The translations under genes and the position numbers were made by a program. Positions 12,511 to 25,758 of a DNA stretch of 64,000 nucleotides are shown here, one piece after another. Within the stretch, counting starts at the first letter, position 1; each line of letters opens with the position of its first letter. This stretch comes from Eledone cirrhosa (lineage: Eukaryota). Location of the stretch: the NCBI GenBank assembly GCA_964016885.1, contig OZ024756.1, positions 31,558,001 through 31,622,000 of the forward strand. The letters run 5' to 3'. The notes beneath the pieces were generated by a model. The model did not search any database, was not told the origin of the DNA, and saw only the letters and a program-made list of their open reading frames with translations.

Positions 12511-15273
12511 CTGAAAAACACAAGAAAATAATATATATCAGCAAATATTTTATCATTATCATCATTTAATGTCCACTTTCCCTGCTAGCAAGGGTTGGAC
12601 AGGTATTCACTGACCGAAGTCAGTACTGAAGCAGGACTAATGACCTCCCAGACAGGCCAGGGGTTTGCATCTCACTTAGTTCCATGTTATACCAAGTGCA
12701 TTTTATCATGGTACCAGCACTAGAGAAGTTATCATGTCTTTAACCCTTTAGCATTTACATTACTCTATATATACTATTATATTTACACGGTAAATGTTTT
12801 GCCTTACATAATTATCTCACATATCGAATCTACGAAGTTTAAACGCAGTCACCTACCCTCACATTGGTAACGTGAAACTAGCCGCTCGTAAAGGAAAATA
12901 AATAACTGAGGGGTTGCTTCCCTTCCATGTTCGTGCTAAAAATTTATATATCTATATGTACAAGGAACGTGAGAAACGATTTTTAAGACTTTTTGCTTAT
13001 TAAGGAAAACATTATGAGTGTTTGTACGTGTGTAAAAGAAAGACAGAATGTGTGTGCGAGAGAGAGAGAGAGAGAGAGAATAATAGGTAAGAGAGACAGA
13101 GTGTATGTATATGTTTGTGTAAGTGTGAATATGTTTGCCTATGTTGCACACAGAAATATTTTTTTAAAACAGATCATCGATTAAGGGAGATTACTCCGGC
13201 ATATGTCTATCGAAATATTTTCCCTTCCATTACAAAATGAGAAAAAGTTTTTTTTGTTGTTTGTTGTTTATATATTTAGTGTAACAAACAAGAAAGACTC
13301 TACCTGTAATTCGAAGTTCCAGCCATGTCACATATTAGCTCAAACTGGTTTTGCCAGAGAATTACATAAAGAGTATACGTGTCTGTGAAATAATCAACCA
13401 CTTACACGTTAATTAACGAGTTGGGCATTTTAATTGGTAGAATAACTGTATGTTCATCATCGAAACCGACAGAGAATCCATCAATATTATTATTATTATT
13501 ATTATTTCTTAAACCCGAAAATGACCTTGAACAGAGTTATGTGCGCTGTCTTTCCCTCTCACCACTTTTGGAGAACCTTACAAAGGGCCATAGGCACAGC
13601 TATTCCATCTCTAATAGGATATATATAAAGTCTAAAGTCTGTCTTAATCCAGAAGACTCATTTGGCCGGTGCTTATCCAGGTTTCATGGTGTGAAGCGAC
13701 TGAGAGTACAAGACTTCCCCCGACAGTGAAAATGGGTACAGCTTTCATTATATAAAATCTCTCCCTATTTTGCCTAATTTCTCCCCGTTTGCGTTTTTAG
13801 AGGTTGGCAGGTCTGCATTTTAGCATCCTGTAATGATTTAAAAAATGGGGTTCTTTAACTTAAATGTTTGTATTTTACTAGAGCCTCTAGTAGAGGACAG
13901 ATTGTTGTGAAAATTTACTGTATTAAAGAATTCAATTATTCATGTGATAAAATCAGTGTTTTGGTACTTTTCAAGAATGTTGCCAATGTGGTTTATTTAT
14001 AGTATCTTTACTAGTAAACAGTTTGTTGTGAAAATTTGCAGTATTAGAGTACAGACTTCAATCTTTAATGTAATGCAATCAGTACTATTTTACACTTTTC
14101 AAGAGTGTCCAAATATGGTTTGATGTATAGAGCATGTCATTAAAATCTTCCAATATAATTTTATATAAGAACCATATGTTAAGTTACTATCCTAAGAATG
14201 AAATAATAATTTTAGAAAATCCCTCAAAATTCTTAAATAATTAATTGAAATATAGAGTATTTCATTTGAATTACTACCACAAAAGGGTTTAACCCTTTAG
14301 CATTCAAACCGGCCAGAATTCTCTCACCTCTTTCTGTTCAAACTGGCTGTAACCAGCCACTCATACTGATGTGAAGGTATTGTTCTCAAAATAAATAATA
14401 TCAAAATCTCGTAGATTCGATATTATGTGAGATAATTACATGAGATAAAGCCTTTACCATGAAAATACAATTGTACATATTAGAGTAATGTAAATGCTAA
14501 AGGGTTCAAATAAACAGCTTCAAATCATATTTGAAATTTCCTGTGCCAATGAAGAACACGAGTATGCTCCTTTCTATCATAATACAAAGACTATAGAAGA
14601 GTTGGATGGGAAGTGACCAATAACTTCATATTTCCAAGTGTGCAATATGACAGAAATTGTAAAATTTTTCACATATAAAGAAATGGAAAGGAGGTGGTGT
14701 GAAAAAAGTCAAACATGCTATCTTCAATTCAGCGTTCGTGCCTACCCCCAATGAATCTTGGGAATGACGGATAGAATACTATCGCAAATACAAGCAGAAA
14801 TGAAATAGGGTTCCTCAGAGCATTTGGAGTAACATTACTCGATAGAGTGCAGAGCTCGGAGATCAGAGTCGTTCCAGGAAGAGCCGCAGCCTCTCCAAAT
14901 TGAGAGATCATAGCTCCAATACTACAGACATGTATGTGGTTAGAATGTCTTGGAAAAGAATCGCTGGACAGATTTTTACAGGCAAAATCAACTGACAGGA
15001 GTCCCAGAGTTAGATCACAAACAAGATGGTTGGATAACATCCATGAGCTTAGCTGTTCTCACTTGGGTCTCCAGCTGGATCAATGGGAGACAATTGCTTC
15101 CGGTAGAACCTGCTGGAGGGTGTTTGATGTGTCTGCTCCCATGACCCTCTCAGGAATAAGTGAGAGAAGAAATGAAAAAAATGGAAATGTTTTCATTCTA
15201 ACAGGTGCTGAATGACTTCTATGAATCCTTCTTTTTCATCGCTTCATGACACGTAATACAGTGTACTTCTTCT

Positions 15274-15508
15274 AAAAGCCAGGAATACTTTAAAATGGAT
15301 GGGTTTAGCCAGGTTGATATAAAAGCCAGGAACACTTTAAAATGGGTGGGTTTAGTCAACTTGATATAAAAGCCAGGAACACTTTACAATGAGTGGGTTT
15401 AGTCAACTTGATATAAAAGCCAGGAACACTTTAAAATGGGTGGGTTTAGTCAACTTGATATAAAAGCCAGGAACACTTTAAAATGGGTGGGTTTAGCCAG
15501 GTTGATAT
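15274..15508 (+). repeat. Intronic minisatellite, 47-bp unit x 5
   Basis: AAAAGCCAGGAACACTTTAAAATGGGTGGGTTTAGTCAACTTGATAT at 15274, 15321, 15368, 15415, 15462. Confidence 0.92.
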
Positions 15509-15532
15509 TAAAAAAATGGTTAACTAACTTAA

Positions 15533-15731
15533 CCCTTTAGCATTTACATTACTCTATATATACTATTGTATTTTTGTGGAAAAGGCTTTATCTCACATAA
15601 TATCGAATCTACGAGATATTTACTTCGAGAACAATACCTCAACATCAGTATGAGTGGCCGGTTATGGCTGGTTTGAACAGAAAGAGGTGAGAGAATTCTG
15701 GCCAGATATGGCCGGTTTAAATGCTAAAGGG
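15533..15731. mobile_element. piggyBac-like MITE (other copies 14293-14504, 35053-35256, 37636-37856, 52143-52363, 56012-56232; partial at 12744, 35294, 58180)
   Basis: TTAA|CCCTTTAGCATTTA ... TAAATGCTAAAGGG|TTAA: CCC-initiated TIRs with TTAA target duplication. Confidence 0.85.
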
Positions 15732-15845
15732 TTAATCTAAAATATCAACAGCAAAAAAGCCATTGAAATATGGAGCAGTGATTAATAGAAAAGATGACAA
15801 ATAGCGGCGAAAAGATGAAAGAAACAAAATGAAAGTGGTATTTAC

Positions 15846-18360
15846 CTGCATGGATGTTGATATGTCTGCGAAGAAACTCCTTCGACACTGCCGACTGTCC
15901 ACACAGCCGACATTTATATGGCCGCAGCTTGTGGCCGACCAACATATGGGAGGCAAACGAACATCGATTGGAGAACTGTAGCTGGCAGTTGAAACAGGTC
16001 AAGTGCACACTCCGCTTTTCCTTGTTTGTGTCTCTACCCTTGGTAGCACCACTGGTATCATCTTTGGTGGCACCACTAGTAGAACCACTGGCGGCACTAC
16101 TTTTAGCACCACGCCGAGCGATAACTTTAACCTTACAATATCGACGACCAAATGACTCAACAGAGCCCTTCCGCTTACGTTTCAGTTGTAAGTATTTCCC
16201 ACAACCTGCGCAGACACCATTGTTGCTATTAACATTCTTACTATCATCATTATTATTATTGTTGTCGTTGTTGTTGTTGTTATCATTACTGTTCGTTGAT
16301 TTGTTTGCAGTGAGGTTCCGCTGTCGACAGTCAAAGCAGTATGAACAAGAGGAGTGATTTTGAATCACCTGTTTGCCTACTTTGGCGACATCTGGCAGTT
16401 GACATGAAGTTGCCGCAGGTAAGGGAAACGAGGAATTCTTCTGCAAAGAGTTTCGGGCAAGATTTTTTGTAGCAACAATCGGATTAAGTGGAGACGGAGG
16501 AAGGGGAGGAGAAAGTGGAAGAGGTGGGAATTCAATTTTGACATTATCAATATTGTTAGCGACAGCCGACGGTAGCTTAAGAACTAGCAGCGGTTTGTGA
16601 TCAGTCTTACTGCTGTTAATATTAGCAACTGAAGCTAAAGCTTTCTGATCAGCTTTAGTAATAGTATTAACAACTGTTGCAACACATTTATGATCAGTCT
16701 TAAGATTAGTAATAACAACTCTTGCAGGTGGTTTATGATCAATCTTAGTATTCGTATTAACTGTGGCTGTTGTAACAGGTTTATGATCAGTCATAGTATT
16801 AACTGTTGTCAGTTGTTTAGGAATCAGGGGTGGTTTGTGTTCATTCTTAATGTTACTAGAAGCAACTGTTGAATGTTGCTTGGGGACTTGGAGAGGCTTA
16901 TGATCAGTCTTAGTATTAAAAATTGCTAGCTGTTGCTTAGAAACTGAGAGTATTTTACTATCAGTCTGAGTATTACTGTTAGCAACTTTTGGCTGTTGGT
17001 TGGGAGATGGAAGTGACGTATGATCAGTCTTAGTATTGCTAGTACCAACTGTTGGCTGTTGGTTCAGAGATGGATGTGACTTATGATCAGTCTTAGTGTT
17101 ACTAGTACTAACTGTTGGCTGTGATTTATGATCAGTCTTAGTATTACTAGTACCAACTGTTGGCTGTTGTTTGGGAGATGGATGTGACTTATGATCAGTC
17201 TTAGTATTATTAGTACTAACTGTTGGCTGTTTCGAAGGTGGAAGTGATTTATGATCAGTCTTAATATTACTAGTGCCAACTGTTGGCTGTTGATTGGGAG
17301 ATGGAAGTAACTTATGATCAGTCTTAGTACTACTAGAACCAACTTTTGGCTGTTGTTTAGGAGATGAATGTGACTTATATTCAGTCTTAGTGTTACTAGT
17401 ACTAACTGTAGGCTGTTTAGCAAATGGAGGTGAGTTATGATCAGTCTTAGTATTACTAGTACCAACATTTGCCTGTTTGGGAGATGGAAGTGACTTATGA
17501 TCAGTCTTAGTATTACTAGTACCAACATTTGACTGTTTGGGAGATGGAAGTGTTTTATGATCAGTCTTAGTATTACTAGTACCAACATTTGCCTGTTTGG
17601 GAGATGGAAGTGACTTATGATCAGTCTTAGTATTACTAGTACCAACATTTGACTGTTTGGGAGATGGCAGTGATTTATGATCAGTCTTAGTATTACTAGT
17701 ACCAACATTTGACTGTTTGGGAGATGGCAGTGATTTATGATCAGTCTTAGTATTACTAGTACTAACTGTAGGCTGTTTTGGAGATGGATGTGACTTATGA
17801 TCAGTTTTAGTATTACTAGTACTAATTGTAGGCTGTTTTGGAGATGGATGTGACTTATGATCAGTTTTAGTATTACTAGTACTAATTGTAGGCTGTTGTT
17901 TGGGAGATGGAAATGACTTATGATCAGTCTTGGAATTACTAGTACTAACTGTAGGCTGTTGTTTGGTAGACGGAAGTGATTTATGATCAGTCTTAATATT
18001 ACTAGTGCCAGCAGTTGGCTGTTGTTTGGAAGATACCAGCTCAGTGGCTGGTACTTTAGTGTTATTCAAAGGTTTCATGTCTTCAAGAGAAGCACATTTC
18101 CTCAAAGCATTAAAATCACGAGAAACAGTTTTTCCTTTCGAAGTTTCCAAAGAATGTCTTGGCTTAGATTTAACTTGGAATTTGTTAGAATTCGCAGTAA
18201 TTCCACTGGTAACTTTTAAAATGTTATTAGTAATCAGACTATTTAATGTCTGAGTACTGCAGGTGGTATAGATAGGTGCAGCTGACGTACAAGGGGCATT
18301 GTGATTAGATTTATTGATGCCTGTTGAAATATTAGTTTCAGAAACTGCAGTTGTGTTTGA

Positions 18361-18391
<31 letters not shown>

Positions 18392-21300
18392 GTAGCAAAC
18401 GTGCCAACACTGGTACTAGTGTTGTTATTTGTGTTGCATTTAAGTGGAAAAGGTGGTGAGCTAGCTACGGTTTTTGTCTTGCTTGATGTCACATAAGAAA
18501 CAGGTGATGCTGCTACCGAAGATTTGGGTGTGGATATCAGCACATTCTTGGCATGAAGAACAGGCTCTTGTTGTCGTTGAGATTTCGAACTGATTGGTTC
18601 ATTTGTTTTAACCAATGATTTGCCAGTTTTTGTTGGAAGATTCAAGTTTTGATGAGAAGTATTGTCTGGAGAATTCGGTTTTATCTGAGCAGCAGTAGCA
18701 GGTTTTTTGTTCGTCCCAGTTTTTGCAGAAAGATTCAAGTTTTGATGAGGAGTAGTGTCTGGAGAATTCGGTTTTATCTGAGCAGCAGTAGCAGGCCTTT
18801 TGTTCGTCCCAATTTTCACAGGAGGATTCAAGTTTTGAGGAGGGGCAGGGTCTATGGAATTAGACTTCGTCGTAACAACAGAGGCAGGTTTTAAAAACTT
18901 CTCATTTGTCCCCGAAGAAATTGAGGAATTATCATCAGGCAAGGACGGGGCTGAAAATCGCACTTTCTTTGATGCAGAAACTCCAATCAAGTCGTTTGCA
19001 GTACTGTTCTGAGAAGAAAAATGTTTATTAGTCGGTTTTAAAGAATAACTCTGAGTAGCAGTCTCATCAGTAACCACAACTGACTGCTTGTTCTGAGTTT
19101 TGACACTGATTTTGTCATCAGAACATTTAGATGGGTTACAAGAGGAAGAAGACAAAGGTTTTTCGGCTTTACGTTTTAAGTTAGGAGGCATAATTTCATT
19201 GAGGTTTTTAGCTATGTTCGACTTTAATTCACTTTTATCGCTATTTTTCACTTTGGTTGTCATCTTTTCCAGAGATCCTGCTGAATGTAAATGCACATTT
19301 TTCTCTTTGTTATTTTCATTATCTTTCTTGCTAAATTTCTTCTGAACAATTTTGTTGCAGGTGTCATCATTCTTGGATTTACTGAAAGGTAAGCCGTTGT
19401 TATTTTCTCCAAATTTCTCTGCTGGCACTTTTGTATTTACATTTAAATCTGGCACACCCGTGTCGGTGTTTTTGCCAACTACAGAATCAACAGTTTTCTT
19501 CTGCACTGAAGTTTCACAAGAACGAACGACAGAAAGCTGTTGGTGAGAACCAGCTTTGTCCTTTTTAATCACAACATCATTGCTTGATGAGCAAGACTTT
19601 AACGGAAGCTGTTTATTCTTCTCTAGCAAACAACTTTCACTAGATTTGCCATCTGAAGAAATTTTTGTTAATTTATCACTTCCTTTTGTAAGAGGAGCTT
19701 CCGTAACATTGTTCATCTTTGTATTACCTGTAACACCACCTTTCGAAGTTATTTTCAAATCACCTTTATCAAATCGAGGACTAGCTAGAATTTCTTCTGG
19801 CCTAACTGCTAAATTTTCCTGGTCGGCAGTAACTGTGTTCACTTTAGCAGATTTACCATCTTGTGATTCAGCAGAAGTGGGAACAACATTGAAGTCCTTT
19901 TTCTTATTAGAACCTGACGCCAGAGTTTCAACAGATGCACTACTAACATTTTTAGCCGAAGTTTCTTTCTGTTCCGGACCAACCTTTGTATCAGGGGTTT
20001 TCAAATTGGGTTGTGGATTGTGGAACACACTTGAACTGCTGCTGTTGTTGTTGTCGTCGTCGTCGTCGTCGTCGTTGCTGCTACTGCTGCTGCTGCTGCC
20101 AATGGCTTCTGGTTTGCCTTTCGTCTCATTGTTAGCTGATTCTGGAGGCAGTGAGGCACCAACAGGATTACCGTTTTCTTTACACTCACTAAGAGTTGAT
20201 TCTACAGGAATATTATTTAAACTAACAACAGAATTAGTAGCTTCATTTTTGTCAGCTAACTGTCCAGTGGAAATTTTGGCATGATTCTCATTGCCATTTT
20301 TCATATTCTGATCAGTGATGGCACTACAATTCTTTTTAATACTGCGGTTTTGAGGGCCAGTATCGTTCTTCGCCACCAGGTAGACAGTGACAAAAGGTTT
20401 CCTACTTATTTTATTGTTCATTATTAACATTCTGTTTGACTGGATGTCTACACCTGTGGGGCTGACACCAATCTTTTTGGTGGCTTGCCCTATCGAACAA
20501 GCTAACTCGGAAGGGGTTGCAGTTAGGTTGGTCACCGACTTTGTTTGAAAATGTATATTTTTACAATTGGATAAAAAACTAGAAGGTAGGTTTGTATCAT
20601 TCATGCCTGTTGCAGTAACTTTTGAAATGACACTGGCATGTGAAAAAGAAGAAGGAGAAGAAGAATAGTTTAAGTTGAATAAATTAAGGTTTTTATCCTT
20701 GTTGCCGTGGTGAGTGTCCAGAGAGTGAGGAGAAAACGTCTGTGCAGTAGTTGTTACAACAGCTGCATCAGGTTTAGGGTTCAAGTTGCCTCTAGGAGAA
20801 TAAGTCTTTCCATATTTCCTATGACTTTTGCCAGGAAGAGGAGTGAGATTGCCATGAGGTGAGTAAGTTTTGCCGTAACGATGGATGTACGTGCGGTTCA
20901 ATTTAAGCTCTTCATCCAAGCTACCTTCTTTCTGTGGGAACAATTTCAGCGAAGAAGAAGTCTCTTTGTCTTGGGAGAATTTGGAATTACTTAACGAAGA
21001 AGCAGCCGGTACTGATGCAGACTGGGAGACTCCGGGTGTTGGAACAGTGCTCTTGTTTAATTTCTGTTCACTTGAAGAGGTAACAGTTTTGTTACTTGAA
21101 AGGGTAACAGTTTTGTTCGACTCTGAGCTGGGCACTTGACTGTTTTTTGGAGCAGCAGATATAGAAGAGGCCGAATCACAGGAGGCATTCTTTACATTGT
21201 CTGAGGAATGTTTCGAGACTGTGTGCTGAGGTTTAGTGTGGGTTAAGGAAACCCTTTCTGTTGTAAGTGCCACATTGTTAGGTTTAGATTGAATGGGCTG

Positions 21301-21747
21301 TTGAATGCTGCTGCTGCTGCTGCTACTTGTGGTGGGTGGTGGATCAGTAGTTCCAGGTTTAATATTCAATAGCCTGTCCTCTATTGTCTTACTGGAATCA
21401 GTCAAGCCACTAGTTTTGAGATTACTATTTGAAGTATTGGTGGTGGTGTTTTCTGACATGTCTTTACGTCCATCTCCAGGGTTTATAGTCGGAATCAGCG
21501 TTGTAACTTTATCCGAGGAATGGTGTGATTGAGTGACCACAGTTGCATTTGGGAGCGACGTAGAATCTCTTTCTGGAAAAATGTCTGAGTTATTTTTAGG
21601 TTTAGGATCTGTATCTGATACTGCAGTAGTAGTAATAATAGTACTAGTAGTAGTAACAGTAGCAGTAGTAACTTTAGAAAGGGTCAACACACCTGTTTCA
21701 GGGTTTGCTATACTACTGGTACTAGTGCTGCCAGATGAACAAGCCAT
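15846..21747 (-). CDS. Coding exon 1 (5902 nt) of a giant C2H2 zinc-finger protein: long Ser/Thr/Asn/Lys-rich low-complexity region ending in two C2H2 fingers
   Basis: 2000-codon ORF. ATG at 21747 has good context (ATC ATG G) with an in-frame TGA 12 nt upstream. Ends in CFNC-x12-HMLVGH and YKCRLC-x12-HINIH. Donor CAG|GTAAAT at 15846/15845, phase 1. Confidence 0.9.
16900..18025 (-). repeat. Coding tandem repeat, ~60-63 nt (TSNTKTDHKSLPSPKQ..) x ~18
   Basis: Seen directly in DNA (TGATCAGTCTTAGTATTACTAGT) and in the translation. Confidence 0.92.
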
Positions 21748-22949
21748 GATACTGGTTCAGGAATTAACATGGGGGAGTGGTGGCCAATGAGTACAGAACT
21801 ATAATAGTTACAATATCCAACAGAAAATTTTCTTACTGGTTTATTTTATTATCATCATCATCATCATCGTCTTTTTATTTCATTGTGTTATCACTGCATT
21901 ACTTAGCGCAGCTCTGTTCCTCAGACATGTGCAGCTTTATGTTTTTGGTGTTGTTGATTCTATTGTATTGACAGTACACTTCATAATGTGTTCAATCCCA
22001 ATGTAAAACTATTATTAACTCCTATAAAGGAGAGAGTGAAAGATTGCTAAAACTTATCCAATACTGAAAAATTAATAAGGATTATTTTTGCCTCATTCTT
22101 AAAAAAATGAAAAATGTTTATAATTTGTTTTTCAGTGTTATGGGTGGAGAAAGGACAAATTTCTTCTGTATTGTTTTTTTTTTTATTGTGTTTTACTTCT
22201 TAGTATTTCATTGCATTCTAATCAGCCACTTATTAATTAGAAGGTATTTCTTAATTGTTTGAAATAAAATAATGCGGTGGTCATATCAGATAAGGGATGG
22301 TACACTAGTGCTTTGAACATACAAGGAACTGCAAAAATATTGAAGGAAAAAGAAAATAATGTACTGACTGTTGTCTTGAAGAATCTGTAAGAATCCACAA
22401 TAATTCAGATAAGGAATTAATTCAACTACTACTAACAACCATTACAATTATTAAATTATTGTTGTTGTTTTAATGGTTGAAATAGTTGTTCAAGTGGTAG
22501 CATTTTTTTCCGGGCTTGTTTTATATGATTTCAACGTTCAGTCGGATGGTCAGTTGGTTCTTTCACCACCGTTACCAGATTCAATCCTTTGGTAGAATTC
22601 TTGATATCTCCTGTTGCAGTTGTTTGAAGGAAGAATTATCAATCTGAAAAGTGGGATGTCTGTCTATCTGTCTGTCTTCCGACAGTCATAAACCATCAGG
22701 GGAGCTTCATCATATTGCCAACATTAATAAAGATGAAAAAGAAAACTAAAAAAAAAGAAGCAGCAGCCCGTTATTTTAAATCTAATACAGTCATTTTCTT
22801 TCTTGATGTATTGTAATATTTATGGCGGTTGTTATAGCCCATACTAGTCTGGGAATGGTGGTTCTCTTTGGTTTTATATCTGGTTAAAGTTCCACAGCAT
22901 TGAGTTGAGGGGTAACACTGCAAGTAAAGAAAATCAAAATATAATAGGT

Positions 22950-23420
22950 CATCAACCCTGTAAGATGATCGTGCTGGTGACATGGCAAAAAAAGACACCT
23001 GGTACACCTTGTTAAATGGCTATACTGGTGACATGACAAAAAAGACACCCAGGCCTCCCTGTTAGGCAGTCATGCTGGTGACATGACAAAGACACCATGC
23101 CACCCTGTTAGATGGCCATGCTGGTCACATTAAAACACCCAGTCTACCCTGTTAGATGGACATGGTGGTGACAAGAAAAAGACACCCAGGCCATCTTGTT
23201 AGACAGTCATGCTGGTGACAATTACAAACACACCCAGTCCACCCTGTTAGATAGTCATGCTGGTAACATGACAAAAAAGACACCAGGCCACCCTGTTAGA
23301 TGGTTGTGCTGGTGACAACAAAAAATCACCCAATCCACCGTTGGATGGTAGTGCTGGTGACAATGAAATAGACACCCAGTCCACCCTGTTAGATGGTTAT
23401 CTTGGTGCCACAATAACAAC
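22950..23420 (+). repeat. Degenerate ~45-bp tandem repeat (~10 copies) running into a SINE-B 3' part
   Basis: Recurrent CACCCTGTTAGATGGTCATGCTGGTGACA..AAAGACACCCAG. Confidence 0.8.
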
Positions 23421-25415
23421 CTGTCGACACCTGTAAAGTGGTTGGCATTAGGAAGGGCATCAAGCCACAGAAACCAAGCCAAAATATAGATCCATATGAG
23501 CAAAATGTGGTCACCTAACCTAACATGTCTCATGAAATACACTGCTTCAATTAATTAATGAAGAATTTTAAGGAATTTACTAAAATCATTATTTCATTAA
23601 GATAGTAACTTAATGTAAGGTTCTTATATAAAATTATGTTGGAAGTTTTTAATTTGAATTAGAAATCTTTAAAATGGGTAGTATTATTTTGTAGAATCAG
23701 AGCCAATTTTGGCTGGGTTGGTAACCAAAGGGTTAAATATCACACCAACACATAAACAATGATTTTTCTTGTTTGAGAGCTATCAATTTAGAATCTATAC
23801 AAAAACATCTTATTTACTCAACCAATTTCTCTAAAGGCTTCTAAAAAAAATTTCAAAACTAATCAAACAAAATTAAATCAAAGTTCAGGAGGACTCAGGT
23901 GCTAAGCTTAGATAAGTTTGTTGTATTATTAAGACAGTATCATTGGCAACAGCACTCTTTTAAGGAAAATGAAAACAACTCGTTTAATCCATCAGATTGA
24001 GTCCCTTTACGATCTGAGTTCAAATCCCGCCGAGGTTGACTTTGCCTTTCATCCTTACGGAGTCGATAAAATAAAGTACCAGTAATGCACTGGGTAATTG
24101 CTGGCCTTGTGCCTAAAGTAGAAACAATTATCATCGTTTAACATACGTTTTCCCAGCAAGCAAGGATAGGATGGGTTCCTGTACTCTATAGAGAGCACCA
24201 GGTGCAGTTTATTGTGGCACCAACACTATGAAGGTTCTCATGTCTTCGTCACAACTGTTGAGTCCTCCATAAGCTTTGTTTGGCAAGTTTTCTATGGCTG
24301 AGCGTTCTTCCTATCACCAACCATTTTACAGAGTGTACTGGGTGTATTTATCATGTTGATCACCAACGCTGGAGAGGTTGTGTCTTTGACACAATCGAAA
24401 GATTCTTTTGACTTTTTTTTCTAATGGGATGTTCTTATCATCAACCACCATACAGAGTGTACAGGGTGCTTTTTTCGTGGCACCAGCATTAAGAGGGGAT
24501 CCTCTCAACAATTTTTGGCATGGTTTCTACGACGGGAAGCCCTTCCTAACAACAAACACTTTACAGGAGGGCGGTTATAGTTAGAACTCCCTCTTTGACT
24601 CATGTGTGCATGTATATGAGAGAGGGGGAAGACAGAGAGAAAGAGAGCAAATCAGAATAGAGCAGGTGGAATAAATCTAGGTAACTGTGTGAGTTATTTT
24701 CAATTTCTTCAAACGAGACCTATTGTCAATGATACTCGAAAAGTGGCATATATCTAAGCCAGAAAAAAAAGATCACATAATACGCTATAAAGTCTGGTCT
24801 GGTATGAGGAGGGGGGGGGGGGGGTATTGGCTATTATTTCTAGCAGGTCGAAGGAGAACATCTTTCTCGCTGACTCGTCTGTTTAGACACACGAGTCAAA
24901 CGATTATGCGTGAGTGAGTTAGTGTTTCTATCTGTATTTTAGATGTGTGGTTGCCCCCCCTCCGCCCGTGTATTTATTTATCAGCTCTGTCCATGTGCTC
25001 CAGAATATATGTGTATGTATGTATATGTGTATATGACTGTATATCTGTATGAGTATACTTGTTTGCGCCTGTGTGTGTGTATGTATATATATATATATAT
25101 AATAACTAGAAATTGATTAACATATATATATATAAGCATGAATAATCACAGGAGATTATTTTTACAAGTGTGTAACCACACATAGCTAGGTAGGTAACTA
25201 AATAAAGTTAACCAGAACTTCAAAAATAGATACCTTATAATATGATTAACCTTCCCTGTATATATTCCATTAAAGAAATATATTTCACCAATTAATCAGA
25301 TGTTAGAATCTTAGAGCTTATTTTCCGGGTGATATGGCGCATGCCTTTCTGGCATGACACCCATAATTTTGATTTAGATTAAATTCATTTAATTTAGGAT
25401 ATATATATATATATG

Positions 25416-25758
25416 GAGGCACATGGCTTAGTGGTTAGAGCATTGGCCTTGCAATCGAAAGGTTGTGAGTTCAATTCTCAGACCGGGTGATGTGTTGTTT
25501 CCTTGAGCAAGACACTTTATTTCACATTGCTCCAGTTTACTCAGCTGTAGAAATGAGATGATAGGGACTGGGGTCCCTATCATTCCACTGCAAAGTGGTC
25601 GTGGAGGTGCCACGGCAAAAAAGCACCCAGCACTCACTGTAAATGAGGTTGGTGTTAGGAAGGGCATCCAGCTGTAGAAATCAAGCCAAAATCAGTTCCC
25701 GTCCCACCCTTGCAAGCAGGGAAAAGCGGACGTAAAATGAAATGATGATGATGATGAT
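25416..25758 (+). mobile_element. tRNA-derived SINE family B with RTE-like 3' tail and (GAT)n end (relatives at ~2900, 23430, 24290, 26633, 32600, 36650, 49715, 54895)
   Basis: TGGCTTAGTGGTTAGAG..GAGTTCAATTC head; TTGGTGTTAGGAAGGGCATCCAGCTGTAGAAA core; tail CCCTTGCAAGCAGGGAAAAGCGGACGTAAAATGA(TGA)n. Confidence 0.8.

Larger units (their letters stand above)
12511..15845 (-). other. Phase-1 GT-AG intron (3335 nt) of the zinc-finger gene
   Basis: GTAAAT donor and TTTTTCAG acceptor; frame-compatible; filled with repeats. Confidence 0.88.

Noticed and set aside
12511-12565. Listed N-terminus MMIMIKYLL.. of the 1624-aa ORF, and C-terminal tail KYHFHF.. (15745-15845) of the 2000-aa ORF
   Set aside because: Both are intronic read-through past good splice sites; splicing restores a proper finger linker.
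7833-21790. Numerous plus-strand ORFs overlapping the zinc-finger exons
   Set aside because: Antisense shadows of low-complexity coding sequence.
25416-25490. Second tRNA gene
   Set aside because: tRNA-like A/B boxes but no proper cloverleaf, and it continues into a SINE body; it is a SINE head.
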